From Gammaproteobacteria bacterium (lineage in GTDB: Bacteria; Pseudomonadota; Gammaproteobacteria; Ga0077536): a stretch of 64,000 bases of DNA. This document shows, one piece after another, positions 1 to 9,558 of the stretch (the stretch's first letter is position 1; each line of letters begins with the position of its first letter). Both the position numbers and the translations under genes were made by a program. Where the stretch lies: the NCBI GenBank assembly GCA_050247235.1, contig JBFWUN010000002.1, positions 42,641 through 106,640 of the forward strand. The letters are read 5' to 3'. Under the pieces are notes generated by a model. That model had not been told where the DNA came from, searched no databases, and saw only the letters and a program-made list of their open reading frames with translations.

Positions 1-384
1 CTGCTGACCGGCACGTGGGATGCGATCGCAAAGATCGAAAGCATGCTGCCGCGACTGGAGAACCAGTTGCAGGTCAAAACGCTGTCACAGCGCGCCGAAT
101 CCCGTAAACGGCACACCAACATGATGCCGTACGCGATCGAAGTCGTGGCGGTCGATCGCCCGGGCATCGTCCACGAGATCACCCAGTTCTTCACGCAGCG
201 CGAGATCGGCGTGGAGGACATGTATTCCGGCACCTACGCGGCGGCCCACACGGGAACCCCGATGTTCTCGCTGCACATGACGATCAGCGTCCCCACCGAC
301 GTGTCGATTGCGGGGCTGCGGGGCGAGTTCATGGACTTCTGCGATCACCTCAATCTCGACGCGATCATGGAGCCCGTCAAATAG
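1..384 (+). CDS. gcvR: Glycine cleavage system transcriptional repressor-like ACT-domain protein, C-terminal part (5' end outside window)
   Basis: Frame 1 is open from nt 1 (LLTGTWDAIAKIES precedes the first Met of track ORF 43..384). It has an ACT-like segment AIEVVAVDRPGIVHEITQFF. LLTGTWDAIAKIESMLP resembles the E. coli GcvR segment LLSGSWNAI..IES.LP as I recall it. Confidence 0.7.
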   Translation: MLTGTWDAIAKIESMLPRLENQLQVKTLSQRAESRKRHTNMMPYAIEVVAVDRPGIVHEITQFFTQREIGVEDMYSGTYAAAHTGTPMFSLHMTISVPTDVSIAGLRGEFMDFCDHLNLDAIMEPVK

Positions 385-394
385 CGGGACAGTG

Positions 395-1804
395 ATGAGC
401 GGGGCAAAGTCCGGCAAGCGCCTGTTCGTTCTCGACACCAACGTCCTGCTGCACGACCCCACGGCCGTGTTCCGCTTCAAGGAACACGACATCTATCTCC
501 CGATGATGGTGCTCGAAGAACTCGACGCCGCCAAGAAGGGTGTCTCCGAAGTTGCGCGCAACGCGCGGCAGGTGAGCCGGTTCCTCGACGAACTCATCGG
601 CGAGGCCGATCGCAGCGCGATCGAGCGTGGGCTGCCGTTGCCCGCGCCCGCAGCCGGCATGGCGGGACAGCCGCCCACCGGCCGGCTGCTGCTGCAGACT
701 GCGCCGCTGCCGGCCACCGCAAAGCTCGCGCTGCCCGGACACACGCCAGACAACAGCATCCTCAATACCACGCTGTCTTTGAAGGGTCAGCATCCGACGA
801 TGGACGTCACGCTGGTCTCGAAGGACATCAACCTCCGGATCAAGTCGCGCGTCATCGGTATCTCGGCCGAGGACTACTACAACGACATGGTCCTCGACGA
901 CATCAACCTGCTGTACACGGGGGCGCGCGAACTGCCCGCGGACTTCTGGGAAGTCCAAGGCGACGATCTCAAGTGCTGGCAGGAGGAAGCGAGGACGCTC
1001 TACTCGCTGTCCGCGGCGAAGTTCGAGCACTTCTATCCCAACGAGTTCCTGTATGTCGCGGGTGATGACGGGCTCGAACTGGTGGCCCGGCGGATCGAGA
1101 ACTCGCGCGTGATCCTCGAACGCGTCAGGGATTACCGGCATCAACGGCACGCCGTGTGGGGACTGTCGGCGCGCAATCGGGAGCAGAGCTTCGCATTGAA
1201 CCTGCTGATGGACCCGGAGATCGACTTCGTGACCCTGCTGGGGGCAGCGGGTACCGGCAAGACGCTGCTCGCCCTGGCCGCGGGGCTGGCACAGTCGCTC
1301 GACGAACGCCGCTACCGCGAAGTCATCGTCACGCGCGAGACGGTTCCGCTCGGCGAGGACATCGGGTTTCTGCCTGGCACCGAGGAGGAGAAGATGAACC
1401 CATGGATGGGGGCGCTGATGGACAACCTGGAGGTGCTCGCCGAAACGCAGGAAGGCGGCGAGTGGGGGCGGGCGGCCACCGCCGACCTGCTCCAGAACAG
1501 GGTGAAGGTCCGTTCGATGAACTTCATGCGCGGACGGACGTTCTTCAACCGCTACCTCATCATCGACGAAGCACAGAACCTGACCGCCAAGCAGATGCGC
1601 ACGCTGATCACCCGCGCGGGGTCGGGCACCAAGATCGTCTGCTGCGGAAACATCGCGCAGATCGATACACCGTACCTCAGCGAGACCACGTCGGGACTCA
1701 CTTACATCGTGGATCGCTTCAAGGGCTGGGCGCACGGCGGGCACGTGACGCTGATGCGCGGCGAGCGTTCGCGGCTCGCCGACTACGCAGTGCAAAATCT
1801 CTGA
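395..1804 (+). CDS. PIN-domain/PhoH-like ATPase fusion (PhoH2/YlaK type)
   Basis: Track ORF 308..1804 trimmed to ATG 395, just after the gcvR stop. N-terminal PIN-like LFVLDTNVLLHDP, P-loop GAAGTGKT and Walker B-like LIIDEAQN. Confidence 0.85.
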   Translation: MSGAKSGKRLFVLDTNVLLHDPTAVFRFKEHDIYLPMMVLEELDAAKKGVSEVARNARQVSRFLDELIGEADRSAIERGLPLPAPAAGMAGQPPTGRLLLQTAPLPATAKLALPGHTPDNSILNTTLSLKGQHPTMDVTLVSKDINLRIKSRVIGISAEDYYNDMVLDDINLLYTGARELPADFWEVQGDDLKCWQEEARTLYSLSAAKFEHFYPNEFLYVAGDDGLELVARRIENSRVILERVRDYRHQRHAVWGLSARNREQSFALNLLMDPEIDFVTLLGAAGTGKTLLALAAGLAQSLDERRYREVIVTRETVPLGEDIGFLPGTEEEKMNPWMGALMDNLEVLAETQEGGEWGRAATADLLQNRVKVRSMNFMRGRTFFNRYLIIDEAQNLTAKQMRTLITRAGSGTKIVCCGNIAQIDTPYLSETTSGLTYIVDRFKGWAHGGHVTLMRGERSRLADYAVQNL

Positions 1805-1957
1805 GTGATCATGAGAACTTCGCGCCACGCGCGCCGAAGTTGACCCGACCGGGCACCGACCCCGGCGCCCCGGGGGTGGCCCCGCGCCGCCACGCATCGG
1901 GACCTGATCGCCCGCCGGCCTGCTAGGATCGGGCGTCCCTCCGAACGCGGTTCGCCG

Positions 1958-2884
1958 ATGGCCACGTCCCGTCTCAAGCCGCTGACCACCGTTTCCCCGG
2001 CGAGTCCCGCGCCGCGCGCCTGGGCGCGCGTGCTCGACGCGTACACGCGGGCGCTGCGGGCGCAGGAGCGCGCGATCCTGGCGGACGGGAATCCGGATGC
2101 GGTACACGACTACCGGGTGCTGCTGCGCGCACTGCGCGGCCTGTTCAAGGCGTCGCGCGCGATGTTTGACGCGCACGACCGGGAGCGCTTCAAGGCCGAT
2201 TTCCGCTGGCTGGGGGAACGCACGTCACCGATCCGCGACCTGGACGTGTTCGCGGTGACGTGGCCTGCCTACGTCGCCCACGACCCGATCCTCGCTGCGC
2301 GACTGGCGCCCGCGCTCGATGCGACGATTGCGGCCGCCCGCGCAAGCCACTTCCGCAATCTCATTGACGTCCTGCGGAGTCCCCGCTATCGCACATTGCA
2401 TGCGGACTGGTCACGCACCCTCGCGCGCCTGCGGAAGTCGCCGGTGCCCGAAGGCGAGAACGGATCCGCCGGTGCGCACGTCGCCGCACATCTGCAGAGG
2501 CTTGCGCGGCGGATGCGCAAGCCCCGTCGCCGACACCTGCGGGAACCCGCGGCGCTGCACGCGCTGCGCAAGGACGGCAAGGCCTTGCGCTACCTCGTGG
2601 AAGCGTTCGCGACGATCTTCGAACCCGCGGCACGCGACACTGCGCTCGGCTGCTGCAAACAACTGCAGTCAGTGCTCGGTGACTACTGGGACACGGAGGT
2701 GCATCACCACCTGCTGCAGTCACTGGACGCGCCGCTCACGCCCGCGGATCGCCGTGCCCTGCGGGACGCCTTGACCCTCGCCGCGCGGACGCGCTCTACT
2801 CACGTCATGCACGCAATCCGGGACTTCCAGCGGGCGTTCGAACCGCCCCCGATCCGGGTGTCCCAGGGACGCCGGCGCGCGTGA
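1958..2884 (+). CDS. CHAD domain-containing protein
   Basis: Helical His/Arg-rich repeats typical of CHAD (AVHDYRVLLRALRGL; ALHALRKDGKALRYLVEAF). No other domain recognised. Confidence 0.7.
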   Translation: MATSRLKPLTTVSPASPAPRAWARVLDAYTRALRAQERAILADGNPDAVHDYRVLLRALRGLFKASRAMFDAHDRERFKADFRWLGERTSPIRDLDVFAVTWPAYVAHDPILAARLAPALDATIAAARASHFRNLIDVLRSPRYRTLHADWSRTLARLRKSPVPEGENGSAGAHVAAHLQRLARRMRKPRRRHLREPAALHALRKDGKALRYLVEAFATIFEPAARDTALGCCKQLQSVLGDYWDTEVHHHLLQSLDAPLTPADRRALRDALTLAARTRSTHVMHAIRDFQRAFEPPPIRVSQGRRRA

Positions 2885-3648
2885 TCGTCTGCGCCACGTA
2901 CAACATCAAGGGCGGCGTCGGCAAAACCGCGGCGGCCGTGAACCTCGCGTACCTCGCGAGCACGCGCGGTTACCGGACCCTGATCTGGGATCTGGATCCG
3001 CAGGGCGCCGCGACGTTCTACCTGCGTGGCGAGACCCTTGATGCGCCGGACCTGGAAGGGCTGCTCGATCGCAAACGCGGCATCGGGGGCGCCGTGCGGG
3101 CGACGGACCATCCCGGGCTCGACCTGTTGCCGGCGAGCCTGGCCTATCGGCATCTCGATGTCGCCCTGACCGAGTTCAAGAATCCCACCCGGCGTCTCGG
3201 CAAGCTGCTCGCGCCGCTCGCCGACCGTTACGATCTCGCGTTCCTCGACTGCGCACCCAACCTGTCGCTCGCGTCGGAAAACGTGTTCGGGCTGGCCGAC
3301 TGGGTGCTGATCCCGGTAATCCCGACGCCGTTGTCGGTGCGGGCCTATGCGCAGCTGCGCGCGTTCTGGCGCGACGAACCGGCAATCCTCACCCGGTTCC
3401 TGCCGTTCTTTTCGATGGTCGACCGCCGTCGACAGCTCCATTGTCAGCTTGTCAGCGACTTCGCGACCGCCCACCCCGAAGTGCTCCGCAGCTTCATCCC
3501 GTACGCGAGCCAGGTGGAGCGCATGGGCGAACAGCGCGCGCCGGTCGGAGCCTTCGCACCGGGCAGTCCGGCTGCGCGAGCGTTCGTCGCGCTGTGGGAA
3601 GCACTGTGTGTGCGGATTTCAATCGCACCCGGCGCGGAGAATGGTTGA
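2881..3648 (+). CDS. ParA/MinD-family ATPase (orphan, no N-terminal HTH)
   Basis: GTG start overlaps the CHAD stop (GTGA at 2881-2884). Deviant Walker A YNIKGGVGKT, DLDPQG, and hydrophobic-D motif LAFLDCAP. Confidence 0.85.
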   Translation: MIVCATYNIKGGVGKTAAAVNLAYLASTRGYRTLIWDLDPQGAATFYLRGETLDAPDLEGLLDRKRGIGGAVRATDHPGLDLLPASLAYRHLDVALTEFKNPTRRLGKLLAPLADRYDLAFLDCAPNLSLASENVFGLADWVLIPVIPTPLSVRAYAQLRAFWRDEPAILTRFLPFFSMVDRRRQLHCQLVSDFATAHPEVLRSFIPYASQVERMGEQRAPVGAFAPGSPAARAFVALWEALCVRISIAPGAENG

Positions 3649-4735
3649 GCAATCGTCCTGCGCGGTGACGGTCCGTCCCGATCCCGTGACGTGCGCCCGA
3701 CTGATCAAGCAGGAGGCGCGCGCGCTCGGCTTCAGCGACGTTGGTGTGACCCACACCGATCTGTGCGCAGACGAAGCGCTGCTCGACGCCTGGCTCGCAC
3801 AGGGCTACCACGGTGAAATGGCGTATCTGGCAGCCCACGGGACACGCCGCAGCCGTCCGGCGGAGCTCGTTCCAGGAACGCTCAGCGTCGTCTCGGTGGC
3901 GCTGGATTACCTCCCGCAAAAGGCGCGTGCAATGCCCGACGTGCTCGCCGATCCGGTCCGTGGCTACGTCGCGCGCTACGCGCTCGGGCGCGACTACCAC
4001 AAAGTCGTGCGTGGCCGGCTGCGCGCGCTGGCGCGGCGCGTGGAGCGGTTTGCCGGACCGTTCGGCCACCGCGTGTTCAGCGACAGCGCGCCGGTGCTCG
4101 AGAAGGCACTCGCACGGAACGCCGGACTCGGCTGGATCGGCAAGCACACCAACCTGCTGAACCGCGCGCGCGGCTCCTGGTTTTTCCTCGGCGAGATCTA
4201 CACCGACCTGCCACTGTCGCCGGATCCGCCGTACCCGGGCAACTACTGCGGCACGTGTACGCGCTGCCTCGAGGTCTGCCCGACGCGCGCGATTGTCGCG
4301 CCGTACCGGCTGGATGCGCGCCGCTGCATTTCGTACCTGACGATCGAGTCGCGCGCGGCAATCCCGGAAGAACTCCGCGGCGCGATCGGCAATCGCATCT
4401 TCGGATGCGACGACTGCCAGACCTTCTGTCCCTGGAACCGCGACGCCACGTTCACCGTGGAGGCCGATTTCGCCGTTCGCCACGGTCTCGACGATCCACC
4501 GCTGCTCGCGCTGTGGACCTGGGACGAAGGGACATTCCTGCGCAACACCGAGGGCAGCGCCCTGCGGCGCCTGCATTACACGCAGTGGCGACGCAATCTC
4601 GCGGTGGCGCTGGGCAACGCGCCGCCCGCGCCGGTGATTGTCGCCGCCCTTCAGGCGGCGCTGCCGGCGGCGGATCCGCTCGTCAGGGAACACATTGAAT
4701 GGGCGCTGCGGCGGCAGCTCTCAGCGCGCGGGTGA
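3641..4735 (+). CDS. queG: Epoxyqueuosine reductase
   Basis: ATG 3641 inside track ORF 3347..4735, overlapping the parA-like 3' end by 8 nt. Two 4Fe-4S motifs (CGTCTRCLEVCP, CDDCQTFCPWN) and QueG-like N-terminus (ALGFSDVGV, YHGEMAYL). Confidence 0.85.
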   Translation: MVEQSSCAVTVRPDPVTCARLIKQEARALGFSDVGVTHTDLCADEALLDAWLAQGYHGEMAYLAAHGTRRSRPAELVPGTLSVVSVALDYLPQKARAMPDVLADPVRGYVARYALGRDYHKVVRGRLRALARRVERFAGPFGHRVFSDSAPVLEKALARNAGLGWIGKHTNLLNRARGSWFFLGEIYTDLPLSPDPPYPGNYCGTCTRCLEVCPTRAIVAPYRLDARRCISYLTIESRAAIPEELRGAIGNRIFGCDDCQTFCPWNRDATFTVEADFAVRHGLDDPPLLALWTWDEGTFLRNTEGSALRRLHYTQWRRNLAVALGNAPPAPVIVAALQAALPAADPLVREHIEWALRRQLSARG

Positions 4736-4790
4736 ACACGGGCCAGGCGGCGGGGCAACGGGCGGAATCCGGCAGGTGCCGACTGCACAG

Positions 4791-4982
4791 TCACGTGCGC
4801 GCACGCAGCCGCTTGAGGGTCTCCGCGCAGTAGACCGCACCGCCGGCGAGTGCAAGGAACCAGCACATGATCGACACGTAGCGCCATTCCGGCAGCAGCA
4901 GCGACGCGGCGAAGTGACTCACGTAGCCGATCAGCAGCGCGGCGAATGCGATCGTGCGGCGTGATGGGGCGGCGTTCTGCAT
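4791..4982 (-). CDS. Small hypothetical membrane protein (about 63 aa, two hydrophobic helices)
   Basis: Track ORF 4791..5060 trimmed to Met27. Two hydrophobic segments (TIAFAALLIGYVSHFAASLLL, VSIMCWFLALAGGAVYCA). No recognisable family. Confidence 0.35.
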   Translation of the reverse strand: MQNAAPSRRTIAFAALLIGYVSHFAASLLLPEWRYVSIMCWFLALAGGAVYCAETLKRLRART

Positions 4983-5125
4983 GCGGTGCGGGGACGTGGG
5001 TGGGTCGGCAGAGCTTACCAAGCCGGCACGGGCTGTCACCCGGTTGTGACACTCGTTCAAATTGCGAACGGGAACTCAGTGGTAACCGTTCACGGAATCG
5101 CCCGCAGGAACGGCGAGGAGCGACG

Positions 5126-5764
5126 ATGGACCACGAATTCTGGTTGCGGAAATGGGCGTCGAACGAGATCGGCTTCCACCAGGCGGGCGTGCACCCCGCG
5201 CTGGCCCGCGATTGGCCGGCGCTCGGCTGCGCCCCAGGGACGCGCGTGCTGGTGCCGCTGTGCGGGAAATCGCACGATCTGCGCTACCTGGCCGCGCAAG
5301 GGCACGAGGTCGTCGGCATCGAGCTGAGCGCGATCGCGGTACAGGACTTCTTCGCGGAGTCCGGTGCGGCGCCGCGGGTGGATGAGACGGGTGGGTTCGA
5401 GCGCCATGCGCTGGGTCGTATCACGCTCTATCGCGGGGATTTCTTCACGGCGTCCCCCGCCGCGGTGCCGCCCTGCGAGGCGTGGTACGACCGCGCGGCA
5501 TTCATTGCACTCGCGCCGTCCCAACGGGAGGCCTACGTTGCGACGTTGCACGGACTCCTTGCGCCCGGTGCACGCGGGCTGCTGGTGACGGTCGAATACG
5601 CGACGGAGGCGGTGCGTCCGCCGCCTTTCGGCGTCTCGCGCGAGGAAGTGGCGCGGTGCTTCGGCAATGTCGCGACGATCCGCGAACTCGCCCGTGAAGT
5701 CACCGACGTCAAGGGAGTGCCGGGAATCGAGGCGAGTTACTCGCTCACCTGGCGCGGCACCTGA
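5126..5764 (+). CDS. tpm: Thiopurine S-methyltransferase
   Basis: ATG 5126 within track ORF 4946..5764. MDHEFWLRKWASNEIGFHQ and VLVPLCGKSHDLRYLA match the conserved TPMT N-terminus and SAM-binding motif. Confidence 0.85.
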   Translation: MDHEFWLRKWASNEIGFHQAGVHPALARDWPALGCAPGTRVLVPLCGKSHDLRYLAAQGHEVVGIELSAIAVQDFFAESGAAPRVDETGGFERHALGRITLYRGDFFTASPAAVPPCEAWYDRAAFIALAPSQREAYVATLHGLLAPGARGLLVTVEYATEAVRPPPFGVSREEVARCFGNVATIRELAREVTDVKGVPGIEASYSLTWRGT

Positions 5765-6540
5765 GCGAGCCAGCCGCGCACCCGCCGCGCGGCTTCCTGT
5801 TCGCCACCCTCGAAGCGCCCGTCAGGGGCATCGATCGCCACCTGCCGGTAGGTGCCCGGTGTCCGCGACTCGGCGGCGACTGCACGGGTGCGCGCCGCGC
5901 GCTGGGCGACGGGATCCGCGGCCGGTACCACGTCGAGCAACGGCACCTGCAGGATATCCAGGTCCGCTTCCCAACGACCAAGCGCCGCCAGGCCGCGGAC
6001 GCCAGCGGGCAGTTTACCCTCGTGGCACGCGAGCACCGCGTCAACGCTGGTCCCGATCCCGACAAGCACGACCGGCAGATTCCCCTCGGTCCGCGCGCGC
6101 GCGAGGCTTGCCTGCAGTCGCGCGCAGAATGCGTCGGCGTGGCGCGGGTCGCCCGGCGGCGGTTGCATCGCGAACGTGACCCATCCGCCCCGGGATGGTT
6201 CGTGCGCCAGTGCGCGGGGCAGCGGGTCGGTGAGCGCGGCAGACATCATCGGAACGATCAGCAGCGCCCCCTGCGGCCGGGTCGGTGCCGGTGGCGCGGT
6301 CCGCAGCACGGGGAACACACCGGCGTCGCTCTCGAGTGGTTCGATCCGGGTCGTCTGCCCGCCGCGCGCCAGTGCGGCGCGCACCGCAGCGTCCCGCGGA
6401 ACCGGGTACTGGACCTCCCCGGCGGCGGGCGCGTGCGTGTCCACCGCCTCAGGCGTGGCGGCGGGCTCGGCAGCACTCGCCCCGCGCACCAGGGACACGG
6501 TGAGCAGGACGGAGAGGCAGGGGGGAATCAGCCGCTTCAT
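5737..6540 (-). CDS. Secreted hypothetical protein (possibly alpha/beta-hydrolase-like, DUF3530-like)
   Basis: Signal peptide [23 protein letters not shown]. No catalytic motif recognised with certainty. The 3' end overlaps the tpm 3' end by 28 nt (convergent). Confidence 0.45.
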   Translation of the reverse strand: MKRLIPPCLSVLLTVSLVRGASAAEPAATPEAVDTHAPAAGEVQYPVPRDAAVRAALARGGQTTRIEPLESDAGVFPVLRTAPPAPTRPQGALLIVPMMSAALTDPLPRALAHEPSRGGWVTFAMQPPPGDPRHADAFCARLQASLARARTEGNLPVVLVGIGTSVDAVLACHEGKLPAGVRGLAALGRWEADLDILQVPLLDVVPAADPVAQRAARTRAVAAESRTPGTYRQVAIDAPDGRFEGGEQEAARRVRGWLAQVPRQVSE

Positions 6541-6673
6541 GACGGGTCGGTGCATCGGGTGGATTGCCGGTATATCGGCCGCCGACGCGGTCGGTGTAGC
6601 GTCGTTCTGCTGGGCAATTCCGGGCCGATTCCATTACAGTGCGCGCCACCCGCGACCTTCCCCGAGACCCCGC

Positions 6674-7351
6674 ATGCTGCCAGCCCTCATCGCCCCCTCG
6701 ATCCTGTCTGCCGACTTCGCCCGTCTCGGACAGGAGGTCGAAGACGTACTCGCCGCCGGCGCCGACCTCGTGCACTTCGACGTGATGGACAACCACTACG
6801 TGCCCAACCTGACGATCGGACCGCTGGTCTGCGCGGCGCTGCGGAAACACGGCATCACCGCGCCGATCGACGTGCACCTCATGGTCGACCCGGTCGACCG
6901 GCTGATTGCCGATTTCGCCGAGGCCGGCGCCACCTACATCACGTTTCACCCGGAGGCGAGCCGACACGTCGATCGCAGCCTGTCGCTGATCCGCGACGCG
7001 GGCTGCAAATCGGGACTCGTGTTCAACCCGGCGACGCCGCTCGACGCGCTGCGTTACGTGATGGACAAGGTGGACATGGTGCTGCTGATGTCGGTGAACC
7101 CGGGGTTTGGCGGACAGTCGTTCATTCCAGCGACGCTCGGCAAGCTGCGCGAGGCGCGTGCACTGATCGACACGAGCGGACATGCCATCCGGTTGGAGAT
7201 CGACGGTGGCGTGAAGACCGACAACATAGGGGAAATCGCTGCGGCCGGCGCGGACACGTTTGTCGCCGGCTCGGCGATTTTCGGCAGCCGCGATTACGCG
7301 GGAACGATCGCCGCGATGCGACGCGCGATTGCGGGCGCCCGCGGCGCGTGA
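6674..7351 (+). CDS. rpe: Ribulose-phosphate 3-epimerase
   Basis: ATG 6674 within track ORF 5852..7351. [41 protein letters not shown]. Confidence 0.95.
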   Translation: MLPALIAPSILSADFARLGQEVEDVLAAGADLVHFDVMDNHYVPNLTIGPLVCAALRKHGITAPIDVHLMVDPVDRLIADFAEAGATYITFHPEASRHVDRSLSLIRDAGCKSGLVFNPATPLDALRYVMDKVDMVLLMSVNPGFGGQSFIPATLGKLREARALIDTSGHAIRLEIDGGVKTDNIGEIAAAGADTFVAGSAIFGSRDYAGTIAAMRRAIAGARGA

Positions 7352-8019
7352 TGCGCACGCGGCTCGTACTGTTCGATCTCGATGGGACACTGGTCGACAG
7401 TGCGCCCGACATCGCGGATGCCGCCAACGCCGCCTTGCGGGACGGCGGCTTCGCTGCGCGTCCCGAAGCCGAGATCCGCGCATTCATAGGGAATGGCGCC
7501 GAACGACTGATCCATCGCTGCCTGACCGGCACACGCGAAGGGGTTGCGGAGGCGGCGTTGCACGCCGCAACCCTGCGCGATTTCCAGCGTCACTACGCCG
7601 TGTGTCTCGTGGCCCGGACACGCCCGTTTCCGGGTGTCATCGACACCCTTGAAGCGCTGGCCGCGCGCGACGTGCTGCTCGGCTGCGTGACGAACAAGCC
7701 GGCGCGATTCACCTTGCCCCTGCTGGAGGGACTCGGCCTGGCGCACTACTTCCAGGTCACCTACGCGGGTGACACGTTGCCGGTCAAGAAACCGGATCCG
7801 GCGCCGCTGCTGGCAGCAGCACGCAGTTGCCGCGCACGGCCGGCGGACACCGTGATGGTGGGAGACTCGATGACCGATTTCGCCGCGGCGCGTGCAGCCG
7901 GCATGCGCATCTTCTGCGTGGGTTACGGTTACGCGGCGGGTGTCGACCTCGCCGCGCAGAACCCGGATGCGTATGTGCGCCACATGCCGGACATCCTGCC
8001 GGTTCTGGCGCGGGACTGA
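7351..8019 (+). CDS. gph: Phosphoglycolate phosphatase (HAD family)
   Basis: ATG 7351 overlaps the rpe stop (TGATG). HAD motif I LVLFDLDGTLVDS, later GDSMTDFAAARAAG. Conserved position after rpe. Confidence 0.85.
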   Translation: MRTRLVLFDLDGTLVDSAPDIADAANAALRDGGFAARPEAEIRAFIGNGAERLIHRCLTGTREGVAEAALHAATLRDFQRHYAVCLVARTRPFPGVIDTLEALAARDVLLGCVTNKPARFTLPLLEGLGLAHYFQVTYAGDTLPVKKPDPAPLLAAARSCRARPADTVMVGDSMTDFAAARAAGMRIFCVGYGYAAGVDLAAQNPDAYVRHMPDILPVLARD

Positions 8020-8029
8020 TCGCGACCAT

Positions 8030-8060
8030 GTGACCCGTGCCGGGGTGGCGCGGGGGTCAC
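8030..8060. terminator. Inverted repeat between convergent gph and a small ORF (possible bidirectional terminator)
   Basis: GTGACCC (8030-8036) and GGGTCAC (8054-8060) form a 7-bp stem with a 17-nt loop, followed by GGCTTCTTC. No strong U-run. Confidence 0.3.
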
Positions 8061-8067
8061 GGCTTCT

Positions 8068-8247
8068 TCAGCGCACCGCGCGGGCTCCCGGAACGATCTC
8101 GATGCGGGCCTGCAGCGTCTTGGCGAGGTCACGCAGGTGCGCGGTAAGACTGTCCGGGTAACGGCGTGCCCGCGCGAATTCGATCAGCCCGTACAACGCG
8201 TTGAGTTCCCGGGCGACGTCCGCCCCGACGGCTTCGATTCCGAGCAT
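8068..8247 (-). CDS. Hypothetical small protein (59 aa)
   Basis: Track ORF 8068..8280 trimmed to Met12, which has GGAG 7-10 nt upstream on the minus strand (CTCC at 8255-8258). No family recognised. Confidence 0.25.
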   Translation of the reverse strand: MLGIEAVGADVARELNALYGLIEFARARRYPDSLTAHLRDLAKTLQARIEIVPGARAVR

Positions 8248-8322
8248 GGCTGTTCTCCGGTGGTGCGACACCACGATCATGCGCGGCGCGGATGACAGAC
8301 CCGAGTCAGTCCGAGCCCGTGA

Positions 8323-8718
8323 TCAGCCGAATGCGCGTGTGACGAGCTCCGTATCGAGGTACTCCGTGATCTGACTGATTCGACCGTTCGCAAACCGGTA
8401 CACCCAGCAGTAGGTGTTGTTGTATGGCACACCGCGCTTCGTCATCGCCTCGCCGCGGCCCTGGGCGACCACGTAATCGCCGTCGGCGAGCAGATTGTCG
8501 ACCCGGATATGGATATGGCCGTCAACGAGCGCTTCGGTGAACTTGCCGAGGAACTCGAGCACCGCGGGCTTGCCGACGAATGTCCTGGACAGCACGGTGG
8601 TGCCGATGATCGTCCATTCCACGTCGTCGGCGAGGCTGTTGACCAGTGGCTCGCCATTGCCCTTGGCGAGTTCCGCGAAGTTGGTGCGGATGATTTCCTT
8701 GTGCGTGGTGGCGTTCAT
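8323..8718 (-). CDS. SnoaL-like / NTF2-fold (ketosteroid isomerase-like) protein
   Basis: 131 aa with typical length and pattern (FAELAKGNGEPLVNSLADDVEW..., YCWVYRFANGRISQITEYLD). Divergent from a TetR gene. Confidence 0.65.
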   Translation of the reverse strand: MNATTHKEIIRTNFAELAKGNGEPLVNSLADDVEWTIIGTTVLSRTFVGKPAVLEFLGKFTEALVDGHIHIRVDNLLADGDYVVAQGRGEAMTKRGVPYNNTYCWVYRFANGRISQITEYLDTELVTRAFG

Positions 8719-8930
8719 CGGCTCGGCTCCTGCTGTCGGCGAAGACGTGAGCCTAGATCGTCCGGACCTCGCTGGCCATCCCGGCGGCCAGTGATGCGGA
8801 AGTCGAGGGAAAAAGAATGTCGGGGCGGCCGTGAGGCCGCCCCGGGGCCAATGACCCTGTTGAGGAGCGCGATGGCTTCGCGCATCAGGTCAGGAGTGTG
8901 AAGAACCCTGTTCAGCGTTCGTCGCGGCGA

Positions 8931-8961
8931 TTGCCGGGACGCGCGATTCTGTTCATATAAT
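8931..8961 (+). promoter_or_regulatory. Candidate sigma70 promoter for the TetR gene (would give a leaderless or near-leaderless mRNA)
   Basis: TTGCCG (8931-8936), 19 nt spacer, perfect TATAAT (8956-8961), only 6 nt before ATG 8968. The spacer is long. Confidence 0.3.
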
Positions 8962-8967
8962 CCGCCT

Positions 8968-9558
8968 ATGATCTCGCGTGCAACCCGTGCCGCCGGCAAA
9001 CTCGGCAAAAAAACCCTCGACCGCGACGCCTGGCTCAAGAAGGCCCTGGACGTGCTGTTTGCCAACGGCATCTCGCAGATCAAGATCGAGGTTCTCGCGC
9101 GCAAACTGAAGCTCACAAAAGGGAGCTTCTACTGGCACTTCAAGAACCGCGATGATCTCCTGCGCTCCATGGTCGACTGGTGGCGCGACAACCAGCTTCG
9201 GTTCATCACCGGACTCAAGCAGGAAATCGACGACCCTGCCTCCATGATCCGCGCCGTGATCGATTTCACCCAGCATACGGACGACTCGAGTCACGATATC
9301 GCGATGCGCGAGTTCGCGCGCTTCAACCGTTACGCCGCGCGTGCAGTTGCCGAAGTCGATGAGCGCCGCGTGGCCTACCTCGCCGGCCTGTTCCGGGCGG
9401 CGAGGTTCAGTGACGCGGAAGCCGATCTGCGCGCGCGGGCGCTCTACTTTTACCAGGTCGGCGAGTACACCACGTCGTTGCCAGTTGCGCCCGAGCTGCG
9501 CGATGACCTGGCGGAACGTCGTTTCAAGCTGCTGATCTGCCGCCCGCTCGACGAGTGA
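8968..9558 (+). CDS. TetR/AcrR family transcriptional regulator
   Basis: N-terminal HTH LDVLFANGISQIKIEVLARKLKLTKGSFYWHFKNRDDLL. Confidence 0.85.
   Translation: MISRATRAAGKLGKKTLDRDAWLKKALDVLFANGISQIKIEVLARKLKLTKGSFYWHFKNRDDLLRSMVDWWRDNQLRFITGLKQEIDDPASMIRAVIDFTQHTDDSSHDIAMREFARFNRYAARAVAEVDERRVAYLAGLFRAARFSDAEADLRARALYFYQVGEYTTSLPVAPELRDDLAERRFKLLICRPLDE

Noticed and set aside
377-2176. Very long track ORFs antisense or out of frame to recognisable genes, for example 377..2176(-), 3494..4693(-), 33417..34913(-), 36253..37389(+), 44012..45895(+), 50936..52465(+), 52472..54307(-), 56359..57513(-), 57963..59714(-), 62807..63955(-).
   Set aside because: Their translations are Arg/Ala/Gly/Pro-rich with no motifs. 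Each overlaps a gene on the other strand or in another frame that has clear family signatures. They are typical shadow ORFs of high-GC DNA.
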